This document shows positions 21,402-32,125 of a stretch of 64,000 nucleotides of DNA, in pieces (the first letter of the stretch is position 1; every line of letters starts with the position of its first letter). A program made the position numbers and the translations under genes. The DNA comes from Rebecca billardiae RCC1528 (Eukaryota > Protista > Haptophyta). The notes beneath the pieces are model-generated. The model made no database searches. It saw only the letters and a list, made by a program, of their open reading frames with translations, and was not told the origin of the DNA. The DNA is taken from contig OZ251248.1 in assembly GCA_965240325.2 (NCBI GenBank), positions 682,001 to 746,000 on the forward strand, written 5' to 3'.

Positions 21402-22515
21402 CAAGGGGAGTCAGGGTACAGCACGTCCAGTTGGGCTGCAGCTGGAGCTTGGGTACAAAAGCTCCCGCGGCGCAGCGGCACTCGCCGCCGCCGCCGCCGT
21501 CGAGGGGCGGTTGTGGCGCGCACGGCGTGAGCCGCTGCGGGCGCTGAGGTGCGCGCGACGGCGGCGCGCCCGGCGGCGCTGCTGTAGGAGGCCACTGCCC
21601 TCCTCTCTGCCCCGCGCGCTTCGCTCGTCGTCGCCGTCTCCGCGCCTGCGACTCAGCGCGCACGCGAGCGCGGCACCGCCCGGCAGCCGGGGCAATCTCT
21701 GCCATGACTGCGCATGTGCGTCGCGACCTGGTCGGCCCAGCGCGCGAGGCGCGTGCGGGCGAGGTAGGGCCAGTATGGGCGCGCGCCATGCCGCCTCAAG
21801 TAAGCCCATCAGAGCGTACAACAGGGAACTGAGCACGTGTGTCTGGTTGGCCGCTTGGACTGTGTTCAAGCAATGCACGGGCCATCGTCGAGGCGATCTC
21901 GAGGCACTCAGTCAAAACGTCAGTTCAGCGCGCAGACGACCTGGGCGAGAGTCACTGACAATGTATGACTCGCATGATCACAAAAAGCTCTGCAACTATC
22001 GCGTCTGTACGCCTACTGCCTCGATCGTGCACACTGACGTCTGCGCTTGGGTGCCGCATTGTTTGTCAACGTTGTCGACAGAGGTGCAAGGCCCGCGACA
22101 TGCCCACCGGCGCAAGGTCGAGGCGGCATGGCGCGCGCCCATACTGGCCCTACCTCGCCCGCACGCGCCTCGCGCGCTGGGCCGACCAGGTCGCGACGCA
22201 CATGCGCAGTCATGGCAGAGATTGCCCCGGCTGCCGGGCGGTGCCGCGCTCGCGTGCGCGCTGAGTCGCAGGCGCGGAGACGGCGACGACGAGCGAAGCG
22301 CGCGGGGCAGAGAGGAGGGCAGTGGCCTCCTACAGCAGCGCCGCCGGGCGCGCCGCCGTCGCGCGCACCTCAGCGCCCGCAGCGGCTCACGCCGTGCGCG
22401 CCACAACCGCCCCTCGACGGCGGCGGCGGCGGCGAGTGCCGCTGCGCCGCGGGAGCTTTTGTACCCAAGCTCCAGCTGCAGCCCAACTGGACGTGCTGTA
22501 CCCTGACTCCCCTTG
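21402..22515. mobile_element. Foldback-type non-autonomous transposon with 396-bp TIRs (P/Galileo-like termini)
   Basis: 21402-21797 is the reverse complement of 22120-22515, with a 322-bp spacer. Termini are CAAGGGG...CCCCTTG, flanked by the 7-bp direct repeat GCGCCAC (21395-21401, 22516-22522). Confidence 0.85.
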
Positions 22516-23009
22516 GCGCCACCCCCCCGCCTTCTTGAGTGCTTGACCCGCTGGCCGCTGCTGACCACCAGCCAAGGGCCCTTGCCACCGCAGGCGGTCC
22601 ACTCTACAAGTACAACTCAGACAGTGAGTGAGTGACACATCGTCAGACTGTTATTAGCTACTGCCTCGGCAGTGTCACAAGTTGTCATCGTCTCCGAGAC
22701 GCGACTCATCCGACTACTGCGTTGTCAGTGTCACAATATGGGCGGCGCGCGAGTGTCACTCAGTGACGCCCGTGGGCCGTGCTGCTCCAATTATACCCGT
22801 CGCACGGCATTAACTATTAATAAGCAGCACTGATATAGTTATTATCGAGCCTAGAGTAACTTAGAGACAGTCTCACTCTCAGAGAGTACGGTAACGGGTG
22901 CAGCTGCGTCATTACAAATATAAGACGGTCATACACATATATATATATATATATAGATAGATATAGTCGCGCGTATCATATATGGCCCTGCTGCATGACC
23001 GCCACTATC

Positions 23010-23923
23010 GGCCTGTTTTATTTCTAACAGATTCCATTTACTATGTCACGGCGACAAACCCTTGGCCGCCAGTGGGAATCGGTGTCACGCCCCGTTGGGT
23101 GTACCTCTCACGGCCGATGGCGGCCCCCACGTGCGCGAGGAACGCGATTCCTGCACTCCTCAGTGACCGGTGAGTGCAGGAATCCAGTTGCGGCTCTCGT
23201 CCGCCTCGCCATTGTCGCACACGAGGTACACCCAACACCATGGGTCGGATCCTAGAACTCTCCGCGCGCTCGCGCCCGCGCGGCGAGGGCACTGGCAGGC
23301 TTGTTCTCATCATCTTGTCCAAGACTGCAGCCTGCTAGATGCGCGAGGACGCGTGTGCACGCCTTTCCGCGCGTCATGGGTGCGCGTGGCACGCACCTTG
23401 TCGTCATCTACGCCGAGGAGGCTTCAGCAACCGGCCCACCAACCTGCCGTGACCACGTTCAAATGCAGGCCGGCAGTAGCTGCATGCGAGCGCACGCAAC
23501 AGAAACATCTCACGCTCGACAAGGAAGTGGTGGCGGACCGAGTAGAGCTGGAATCATTTGCAGTCCATCTGTTGTTCAAGTATCCTGGTTCACCAGCTGA
23601 CACGGGCGCGACGCAGCCAAGGCAGAGTGCTTGCAGCTTGCAGCGCGCCTGCAAGTCGCAACTACTGCGGTCTGCCGCCGCGGCGTGGCGATCGTCACAC
23701 TGCCGTGCGCTGCGAGTGACCTCTGTGTCATGGCGAAGCAAGCAGCATGTCTTGGCAACACCTTTCGCTACAGCTCAGCGCCCTAGTACGAACATGCGCC
23801 AACGACGTGCCATCACTACTCTGCAATCGCGCCGGCACCCACCAGCGGGCAAGCCGCAAGCCGCCATTTTACCCGCGTTTTGGCGAATGTCGCCGTTGGG
23901 CTCTCGTAGAAATAAAACAGGCC
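23010..23923. mobile_element. Non-autonomous TIR DNA transposon (MITE-like), copy 2
   Basis: TIRs GGCCTGTTTTATTTCTA...TAGAAATAAAACAGGCC, with a 4-bp direct repeat TATC (23006-23009, 23924-23927). Colinear with 4095-4988, differing by scattered substitutions and indels. Confidence 0.9.
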
Positions 23924-24202
23924 TATCATCCCGGACGATCTGGAGTACCGGCATCAGTCAGTAGAGAATATGACTCGACATATGATGAGTCCGCTGCCGA
24001 CGTGCCGGCCGGACAGCGCCGGTCGCCGGATGGAGCTACTCTCACTCTCTCAGTCTCATGAACAGGGGCCAGGCTGCTCTGCCCGCAGCGCCATGCCCCC
24101 CGATCAGCCACCGTGCGGCCCAGCGCCAGGGTGAGCTGCGCGGCGCTCAGTCTGCTCCTCAGCGCGCGCCATCGGCGCCATCGGCTGCTGCAAGCCCGAG
24201 CC

Positions 24203-26940
24203 TCATGCGGCGCGCTTGGTCGCCGCGCGCGGCTTGCCCCAGCCGGTGCACAGCCCGACGCCGACCGCCAGCGCCGCGGCTGTCGCGCCGAGCAGCGCCC
24301 AGCCCAGCCCGGTGATGGGCAGGCTGACCGAGTGCACGAGTGTGCAGCACGCGAGCTCGGCGCGCGCCTGCGTGAGCTCCGCGTCGCAGTGCGCGGCGAA
24401 CGCGCCCACGCTGCCGGCGAGCGCGCGGAGCCGCGCAAGACCCTCCGCTCGGAGCGCGCCGCCGGCGCCGGCGCCGAGGTCGGCAATTGCCGCGCCGAGC
24501 GCCGAGCGCAGCCGCCGGAACTCGCCCATGAGCGCGACCACCCTGCGCTTGGCGAGCGAGTCTGGCAGCGAGGCGCGCGCGTCCCACGCCGCGCGCGCGT
24601 GCAGCGCCCACTGTGGCACCGCCTCCTCGGCAAAGAAGCCCGCCGCGCCGCCCGCGCCCGCGCCCGCGCCGCCGGCAGCGCCGCCCGAGCCGGCGCCGCG
24701 CGCCGCCGGCGCCAGCTCGCGCAGCAGCGCGCGCCTGTGCGCAGACACCTTGCCCTCCGCGCGCAGGAAGTCGTGCGCGAAGCGGTCCACCTGCGGCGGC
24801 GGCGGCGGCGCGGCGTGAGCGCGCGCCCGCCCGCACCCACGCGCGTGCACGCCGCAGCAGCGCACGGCCGCGGGCGCAGAACGCGCGGCGCGCGCACGCG
24901 CGCGCGCGCACCGCTGCCTCGACCTCGCGAAGCACCGCCACGCTCTCGCGCAGCTGGCACAGGAGCTGGTTGCGCCTCGCGACGTCGATGACGATGTCCG
25001 AGGGCGAGGCGCTCGCGGAGAACGGGCCTGCGCGGCGCGCGCGGCGCGCGAGGGCGCGGCGCCGGGGCGCGCTCGTCTCGCGGCCAAGCGCGGCAGCGCG
25101 CGCGGCGCAGGCCCGGCGGCGCGCGCGCGGCGCGCGGCGCGCGCGCGCGCGCGGCTCGACGGCGCGCGGCGCGCGGCGCGCGGCGCGCGCGCGCACCGAA
25201 GGGCTGCGCGCCCGTCGCCCACATGTACCCGGCGACCACCTCGCCGCGCGCCTCCGAGTACGTCTGGTACGGCGGGAGCAGCGCGCCGACCACCGCCAGC
25301 ACGCCCGCGAGCACGTGCCTGTCGGCGCGCCGGCCGTCGACGAGCGTCTCGGCGCCGTCTGCGGAGAAGTACCCGAGGCGGAGGCGCTCGACGTTGGGCT
25401 GCATGATGGCGACGGCGTCCGCGCTGGTCGCGAGCAGCCCGTGCTCCGTCGTCGCGTGCGCACCCGCCATCGGGCCCTCCTCCCGCCTCGGCGCCGCCGC
25501 GCCCTGCTCGGCGGCGAACGGCGCGTGCGCACGCGTGCGCCCGGCGCGCACGTGCGCGCTCGCGTGCGCGTGTTCGTCGTTCAGCACGCCGGTGCGCAGC
25601 AGGCTGGGCGCGTCCTCGCCGGCGAGGGAGATGAGGTAGATGGGCACGAGCAGCGCCCCCTGCATCCCCTCGCCGCTCGCCGCGCCGCCCGCCAGCCCCG
25701 CCTCGCCCTCCTCCGCCTCGTCCACCCCAGCGGCCAGCAGCAGCTCCGCGCCCAGCGCGTCGCGCGCGCGCGCGAGGTGCGCGAAGAGGTCCGCCGCGTC
25801 GGTGTACGGGCGCGCGACGGGGGTGAAGCGGCCCTGGTGCAGCTCGTGCGAGGTGGCGGCGCGGCGCGCGCGCGAGAGCGCCACCGACACCTGCGGGTGC
25901 GTGTGCAGCGGGTGCGTGCTCACGAACAGCTCGATGTGCTGCGTGGGCAGCGCCAGCCGGTCGAGGTTGGCCTTGAGCAGCGCGGTGTGCACGGCGCCGG
26001 GCTCGTCCTGCGCCGGGAGCGGCAGCGAGGGGAAGTCGTCGTGGTTGCGCAGGCCGGTGAGCATGAGCAGCACGCGCTCGACCAGGCTGCACCCCCGCGC
26101 GCACGAGCGCACGCTCGGCGCGAGCACGAAGCGCACGGCGCTCAGAACGATGGACGCCGCCGCCGCGCTCGCGCGGTGCGAGTGCGCGCGCCGCTCGGCG
26201 CCGCCCGCGCCGCTCGGCGGCGCGGGCGGCAGGCGCGGGAGGAGCAGCTCGTCGACGGTGCCCGCCTCCGAGTCGGTGCGCCCGAGCGCGCACGGCCCCG
26301 CGCTCAGGTCCGCCACCAGGTACCGCCCCGCGCCCACGAACGCCTGCGCGGGCGCGCCGCGCTCGAGCCGATAGCGGTACGCCCAGCCGGCGCCGCCCTC
26401 GTCGGGCACGTCCGCGCGCTGGCGCGCTCGGAGGCGCGCGGCGAGCGTGGCGTGGGAGAGGCGCTGGACGAAGACGACGTACGTCCACTGCTCCTCCCCG
26501 CCGCCGCCGCCGCCGGGCGCGTCGCTCCAGCCAGCGCCCTCGCCGAGCACGCGCGCGCACAGCTCGCGGTACGCGCCGTCGAGCCGCGCGACGTCCACGT
26601 CGTACGCGCGCGCGGCGGCGTCGGCGAGGGTCATCGCGTCGGCGAGCACGTTGTGCAGCATCGCCTCGTCCGACTCGCTCACGTGCGCCACGCGGTACTC
26701 GAGCGTGTAGCTCGTGTCGAGCGGCTCGCCGTCCGCAGCCACCGACGGCCGCATGCGCGGCAGCGACTGCTCGAGCAGCTGCTGCAGAGCGGCGGCCGGG
26801 ACGTCGGCGTCGTCGTCGAGGCCGACGAGGGCGACCACCACGCGGAGCGGGAGCTCCAGGCCGAACGAGTCGGCGCTCCACGCCCCGCCGCTCGCCGCGC
26901 CAAGGGCGCTCGCGACGAGGAGCGCGCCGAGGCCTGCCAT
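24203..26940 (-). CDS. Signal-peptide, C-terminally anchored protein resembling the plant KNS3/SPOT1 family
   Basis: Exons 26940-25197, 25027-24912 and 24790-24203 give 2448 nt (815 aa). Signal peptide MAGLGALLVASALGAASG; motifs LPLRVVVALVG, GRYLVADLSAGPCALGR and WATGAQPFGPFS; C-terminal TM helix. Family recognised from memory. Confidence 0.65.
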
Positions 26941-27139
26941 CGTGGTCGTCCGGGCAAGGGGAATTTTCCGCGGTCCGGTACGGCGTTGCAGTGCTTGCGG
27001 CCGACACCCCGATGGCCGGCTTGGCGAATGAGCTTGGCCCGACGACAAATGTTGAACAGACAGTTGAACTGCTGAAGTTGACTGTACTCAGAAGAGTACG
27101 TACCGTCAGAGACGCGCACAGCTCAAGCTGCACCCCTCA

Positions 27140-28438
27140 TCAAAAGCGCTCTGCCAGGCTGATAGCATCGAGCACTTCCGCTGGCAGCAGGTCGGCCCAA
27201 GACCGACTGGCATCGGGACGACCGTCGCCGCCCGGAGGGCGCACCGGAGCCATCTGCGCCTCCCGCATCACCTCCAGGAAGGCCTCCGGCAGTGGCGCAG
27301 CGACTCGCAGGCGACGGCGGCCGCGATGCCCCGGCGTGCCGGAGCCGCGCGGCGCTGGGTGCTCGAACTCGACTGCGAGAGCGTGCAGCACATGCCCGCT
27401 GCCTGCCGGGCACCGCCGGCCGTACAGCTCGTCGCCGATGAGCGGCGCGCCGACCTCCGAGCAGTGCAGCCGCACCTGGTGCGTGCGGCCCTGGCGCGGG
27501 CGGGCGATCACGAGGGAGCGGGTGCGCGGCGCGCCCGGCGGCGTGGCCGCCACCACGTGCAGCTCCGTCTGCGCGTCGAGCGCGCCCTCCGTGCCAGCAT
27601 CCACGCACCGTCGCACCGCCGTGCCGCCGGCGCCCGGCACGCGCGCGACAGGCCTGTCCACCACGCCGCTGGGCGGGCACCCCTCGCAAAGAGCGGCGTA
27701 CCACTTGCGCACCGTGCGCTCCTCGAACTGGGACATGACAACCCGCGCAGCGGCGGGACTGCGCGCGAAGACCAGCGCGCCCGAAGTGTTCAGATCCAGC
27801 CTGTGGCACGGGTGCGGCGGCGGCGCGCCCGGCGGGAGTCGCGCCACGAGGCGGTTGAGCGCCGAGCCCGGACGGAGGCGGTGCATCGGCGTGACGGGCA
27901 CGCCTGGGGGCTTCGCCACCACCGCGATCTGGGCGTCCAGGTGCAGCACGGGGAGCGGGCCCGCGTCCGGCGGCGGTGGCACGCCGCGCATCGTGGACCC
28001 GACCAGCGAGCGCACGCGCTTGGGCGACAGCCCCGCAGCTGCGGCCACGGCCGCAAGGTCAACGGTGCCGCGCCCGAACCGAAGCTCGAGGGCGCGCGCC
28101 TCTCGAGAGCCGCGACGGTGCACGCGACGCACGTGTCCGAGCACAACGTCCATATCCCCGGCCTGCCACCCTTCCGGGTCGAGCACGTCCGGAGCGCAGA
28201 GCGCGAGGTGGCGCGTGCGCCCCTTGCCCGACAGGAGCTGTCCGCAGCTCGGGCAGCGGTCTGATGGCTGTGTGGCCCGCGCAGCGGGCGTGCGAAGTGG
28301 AGCGCCACCGACGGACGGGTATCGCGGCCGGGGCTGACGCACTCGGCGAGGTGTCCCGGCCGCATCTGCCGAGCATGAGAGCATGAGCGCCACAAAGAGC
28401 CTCGTGCACAAAGCCGTGGCAGCCACGGTGGCAGCCAT
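27140..28438 (-). CDS. RluA-family RNA pseudouridine synthase, probably organelle-targeted
   Basis: Motifs KPPGVPV, catalytic HRLDLNTSG, GRTHQVRLH, GDELYG and LHA. Hydrophobic N-terminal extension and a CxxC...HxxxC finger. Confidence 0.9.
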   Translation of the reverse strand: MAATVAATALCTRLFVALMLSCSADAAGTPRRVRQPRPRYPSVGGAPLRTPAARATQPSDRCPSCGQLLSGKGRTRHLALCAPDVLDPEGWQAGDMDVVLGHVRRVHRRGSREARALELRFGRGTVDLAAVAAAAGLSPKRVRSLVGSTMRGVPPPPDAGPLPVLHLDAQIAVVAKPPGVPVTPMHRLRPGSALNRLVARLPPGAPPPHPCHRLDLNTSGALVFARSPAAARVVMSQFEERTVRKWYAALCEGCPPSGVVDRPVARVPGAGGTAVRRCVDAGTEGALDAQTELHVVAATPPGAPRTRSLVIARPRQGRTHQVRLHCSEVGAPLIGDELYGRRCPAGSGHVLHALAVEFEHPAPRGSGTPGHRGRRRLRVAAPLPEAFLEVMREAQMAPVRPPGGDGRPDASRSWADLLPAEVLDAISLAERF

Positions 28439-28487
28439 CGCGTGCACGCACACTCTGCAACCAGGGTAGTTCGAGAATTCGGTCCGA

Positions 28488-29539
28488 GGCCGCTCGAGCG
28501 ACTTCGTGTCAGGCGAGGCAGATCGCGCCAGTGCGAGGCGAGGCAGACGCTCGCCTGCCTCGCCCAGCAGGCGAGGCAGCTAAGCTAGTAAAGCCGCGGC
28601 CGAACTTTACGAAAGCCAAATGTCTGCCGGTGCGCCGCCCGTCTTTTGCGCACGGTGACAAGGGCGCGCGAGGGCGCTTCCTCACGATCCCGAAGAGCGC
28701 TGCGCGCGGCGTCGCGTTGGCGGCGGCAGCGGCGCTGGGGTGTATCTTGCCCATTCTGCGTGGCGGTGCACGCTCATGACGCCTCGGCCGCCGCCACGCC
28801 ATGCGCGACCGGGCGTGTCGCCTTCTTGACGGGCAGTGCACACGCCCTTGCAAGCGCACAGCCGTGAAGAGCCGAGAGCGTCCGTCGCGCGCACGCCGCC
28901 CACGCGGGATGCTTTGTGTTATCAACGAAGCCACCTTCCCCATGCGCTCCGCCGAGTTCGCCATGCGTTCAGAGCAGTCAAGATCGCTGAACGAGAGGAT
29001 GTCATCGGCTGAAATGCAGGTGAGCAGTGGTCATCGTAGTTGCTACCCATGGTCATCACGGCTCGCACATGCCAGAGCGCGATCGCTCAGTGTCATACGA
29101 ATAGTCCTGAAACCTCATCCCGCGTGGGCGGCGTGCGCGCGACGGACGCTCTCGGCTCTTCACGGCTGTGCGCTTGCAAGGGCGTGTGCACTGCCCGTCA
29201 AGAAGGCGACACGCCCGGTCGCGCATGGCGTGGCGGCGGCCGAGGCGTCATGAGCGTGCACCGCCACGCAGAATGGGCAAGATACACCCCAGCGCCGCTG
29301 CCGCCGCCAACGCGACGCCGCGCGCAGCGCTCTTCGGGATCGTGAGGAAGCGCCCTCGCGCGCCCTTGTCACCGTGCGCAAAAGACGGGCGGCGCACCGG
29401 CAGACATTTGGCTTTCGTAAAGTTCGGCCGCGGCTTTACTAGCTTAGCTGCCTCGCCTGCTGGGCGAGGCAGGCGAGCGTCTGCCTCGCCTCGCACTGGC
29501 GCGATCTGCCTCGCCTGACACGAAGTCGCTCGAGCGGCC
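28488..29539. mobile_element. Mutator-like non-autonomous element with 424-bp TIRs
   Basis: 28488-28911 is the reverse complement of 29116-29539, with a 204-bp spacer. Flanked by the 9-bp direct repeat TCGGTCCGA (28479-28487, 29540-29548). The TSD is nearly palindromic, so the boundary is ambiguous by 1-2 bp. Confidence 0.8.
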
Positions 29540-30311
29540 TCGGTCCGAATGACCCACCCTTCGGATTCGGACCCCGAACTTCGGGGTCCGAATTTCGGGG
29601 TGGGCCACATCCGGACCCGAAATGTGGCCTCTGTGGGCGGCTGGCCTGCAATGGCGTCGGCGGATTCGCGTGCCGTCGACGTCATGCCGTGCCCAACTAA
29701 TATGCTCGCAGCGGCCGTGCCGGGCCAGCAGCTGGTGGTGTGGTTCGGTCAGAGCCCGGTACACCGATTGCCAGTGCAGTTTCGCGGTGCGGGGAACCCT
29801 GTCCGTGGTGACGCGCGTTGACCGGCAGCGCAACGGCAGCCGGTCTGTGGGCGCCGTGTTCTCGGAGGGGGACACTGTCCTCGGCGCCAAGCCTGCTTTG
29901 ACTTGACTCCTGCCATCTACTGAGTGGCTGGCGCGGCAAGCAGTAAGCACTGCCTGTGCTCGGCAGCGCTGCGGAGCCCGACTCGCACGGCGTGCTGAGC
30001 ACAACGCCCGCGAGGACGGGCGCGGCCCGGCGGATGGGACCAGCCATTCGTCGTAAGATCGAGTCTGATCCTGATGTAGTTAGGGTGAGATCCATGGCTG
30101 TGCAGAACTGTGACATTCACTGCGTGCGGACTGGTGCTGGCGCAGTGACCGACTCACCGTCGCTGTTATGCCCGGGCACGCCACTGTGGCGTGCCCGCGT
30201 GCCATGCTGTCAGGAGTCCGGACCACACTGCCCCGACCCGGACAGCCAGAATTCCCCCCCGAAGATGGAGGCCAGAATTCGGATTCCCCGCCCCCGAAAA
30301 ATTCCCCCCCG

Positions 30312-30511
30312 NNNNNNNNNNNNNNNNNNNNNNNNNNNNNNNNNNNNNNNNNNNNNNNNNNNNNNNNNNNNNNNNNNNNNNNNNNNNNNNNNNNNNNNNN
30401 NNNNNNNNNNNNNNNNNNNNNNNNNNNNNNNNNNNNNNNNNNNNNNNNNNNNNNNNNNNNNNNNNNNNNNNNNNNNNNNNNNNNNNNNNNNNNNNNNNNN
30501 NNNNNNNNNNN
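30312..30511. other. Assembly gap
   Basis: 200 consecutive N. Confidence 1.
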
Positions 30512-31652
30512 CGCGCGCTCGCGCAGCTTGACAGTCGGCGCGTTCGCGGCGGAGCCTTCGCAGATGATGGCGAGCGCCCAGCAGCCCTGCGCCTGCACCT
30601 TCGCGTCGAGCGGGTGCGCGCACATCGAGCGCACCGTCTCCTCGATCGCGCCCTCCTCCGCCGCGCGCTCCTTGCGCGCGCGCCCGTCCGCGTTCGTGCC
30701 GTGGCACATGTGCAGCAGCGCCCAGCACGCCTGCGCGATCACGTCCGGACGATTCTGGTGCTCGCGCATCGCGCGGACGACGGCCTTGATACCGCCCGCG
30801 TCCACCGCCGCCTGCGCCGCGGTGGACGCGCCCTCGTCCGTGCTCGTGCACAGGTTGTCGAACGCGCCGATCGCTTGCACCTGCGGGCCCGGCCGCGCCA
30901 GCAGGCGGACACGTGTGAGCGCAACGCAGCGAGCGGGCGCGCAGGGCGGCGCGCTGGGGCGAGGGGTGCGGGCGCCGGCGCACCTGCACATCCGCGTTGC
31001 TCGCGTGCGCGTCCATCGCGCCCACGAGCGCGGGCAGCGCGCCCGCGGCCACCGCCATCTGCCGCCGCTTGAGCACCGCGTCGACGTCGACGCCCCAGCA
31101 GATCGTGCGCAGCACCGCGCTCGCCTGCTCCTGCACGGCGGCGTTCCAGGTGTGCAGGCTGAGCGCGCGTACGGCCGCGTCGATCGCGCCCGCCTCCGCC
31201 GCGTGCCTCTTTCGCGCGAGCGTGATGACGTCGTCGCCCCAGCAGATAGACCGGAGCGCTGAGCACGCTCGCTCCTGCACGCTCGCGTCGGCCTCGTGCT
31301 TGCGCATCGCGCCGACCATGAGCTCGAGCGCGCCGGCGGCGGCCGCGTCGGTCGCGCGATGCGCGCGCGACTGCTCCAGATCGTCCTCGCCGGAGCTCAG
31401 CGCGTGCAGCGCCGCGCACGCCGCCGACTGCACGCTGACGTCGTCCGTGTGCGCTCGCATCAGCCGGAGGGCCGCTTTGATCGCGCCGGCGTCGGCGGCC
31501 GCGCGCGCCTCGGAGCCGTTCTTATCCTCGCGCACGCGTCTACTGATCTCATCGAGCGCCTCCGAGGCCCCCTTCGCGCTCGCCGGAATCCCTGCGATGA
31601 AGGGCGCCCATTCCTTCGCTGTTTGCACCTGCTTTGGAGGTTCCGCCTCCAT
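30512..31652 (-). CDS. Armadillo-repeat protein (3' end lost in the gap)
   Basis: Repeats of the type AGA...MxxH...VQxxAC.AL..IC at roughly 45-50 aa spacing. GT-AG intron at 30983-30881 joins the two ORF-track frames. Confidence 0.85.
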
Positions 31653-32125
31653 CGGCCAGGGCAGGTTTTGGGCCCCTTCGAGACTCGCCGCGGCGGCGGC
31701 GGAGCGGGCGAGTGGGAGGCGTCGAGGTCGCGCGGGTAGAAACGGATACCCTCATAATCGTGGGAGTACTTTCTCGGGGGGAGCCTTCGAGATATTGATA
31801 GGGAGATAGATATGTCGCAACCGTATCGTAGCTGGCGCTCAATGCCTTTAAATTATGGGTCGGCCGCGGAACGGCACCGGATCAGCACTGTGCTACCCAC
31901 GGTGCTACCGCTTCCAAGCCTCCCCCCAGCCGGACTGTTGGGCCCAGCATGCATCGCTCGCCCCGCTCCCGAGCGAGCCGGGCCGGGGGGGGACGCCTTG
32001 GCTGGCGGTGACCGACCTGGACTCGCCGGCGCCGCGCCAGCTCGGGCGTGCGAAGGCCAGCGCGCGCCGCAGCGCCGAGCGCGGCGCACCGCCGTCAGCA
32101 CCGCCGAGCCCCACGCCCCGGCGCC

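Noticed and set aside
19930-22506. 858-aa plus-strand ORF spanning lysA and the foldback element
   Set aside because: It is an antisense shadow plus read-through of GC-rich TIR sequence, with no transposase motifs.
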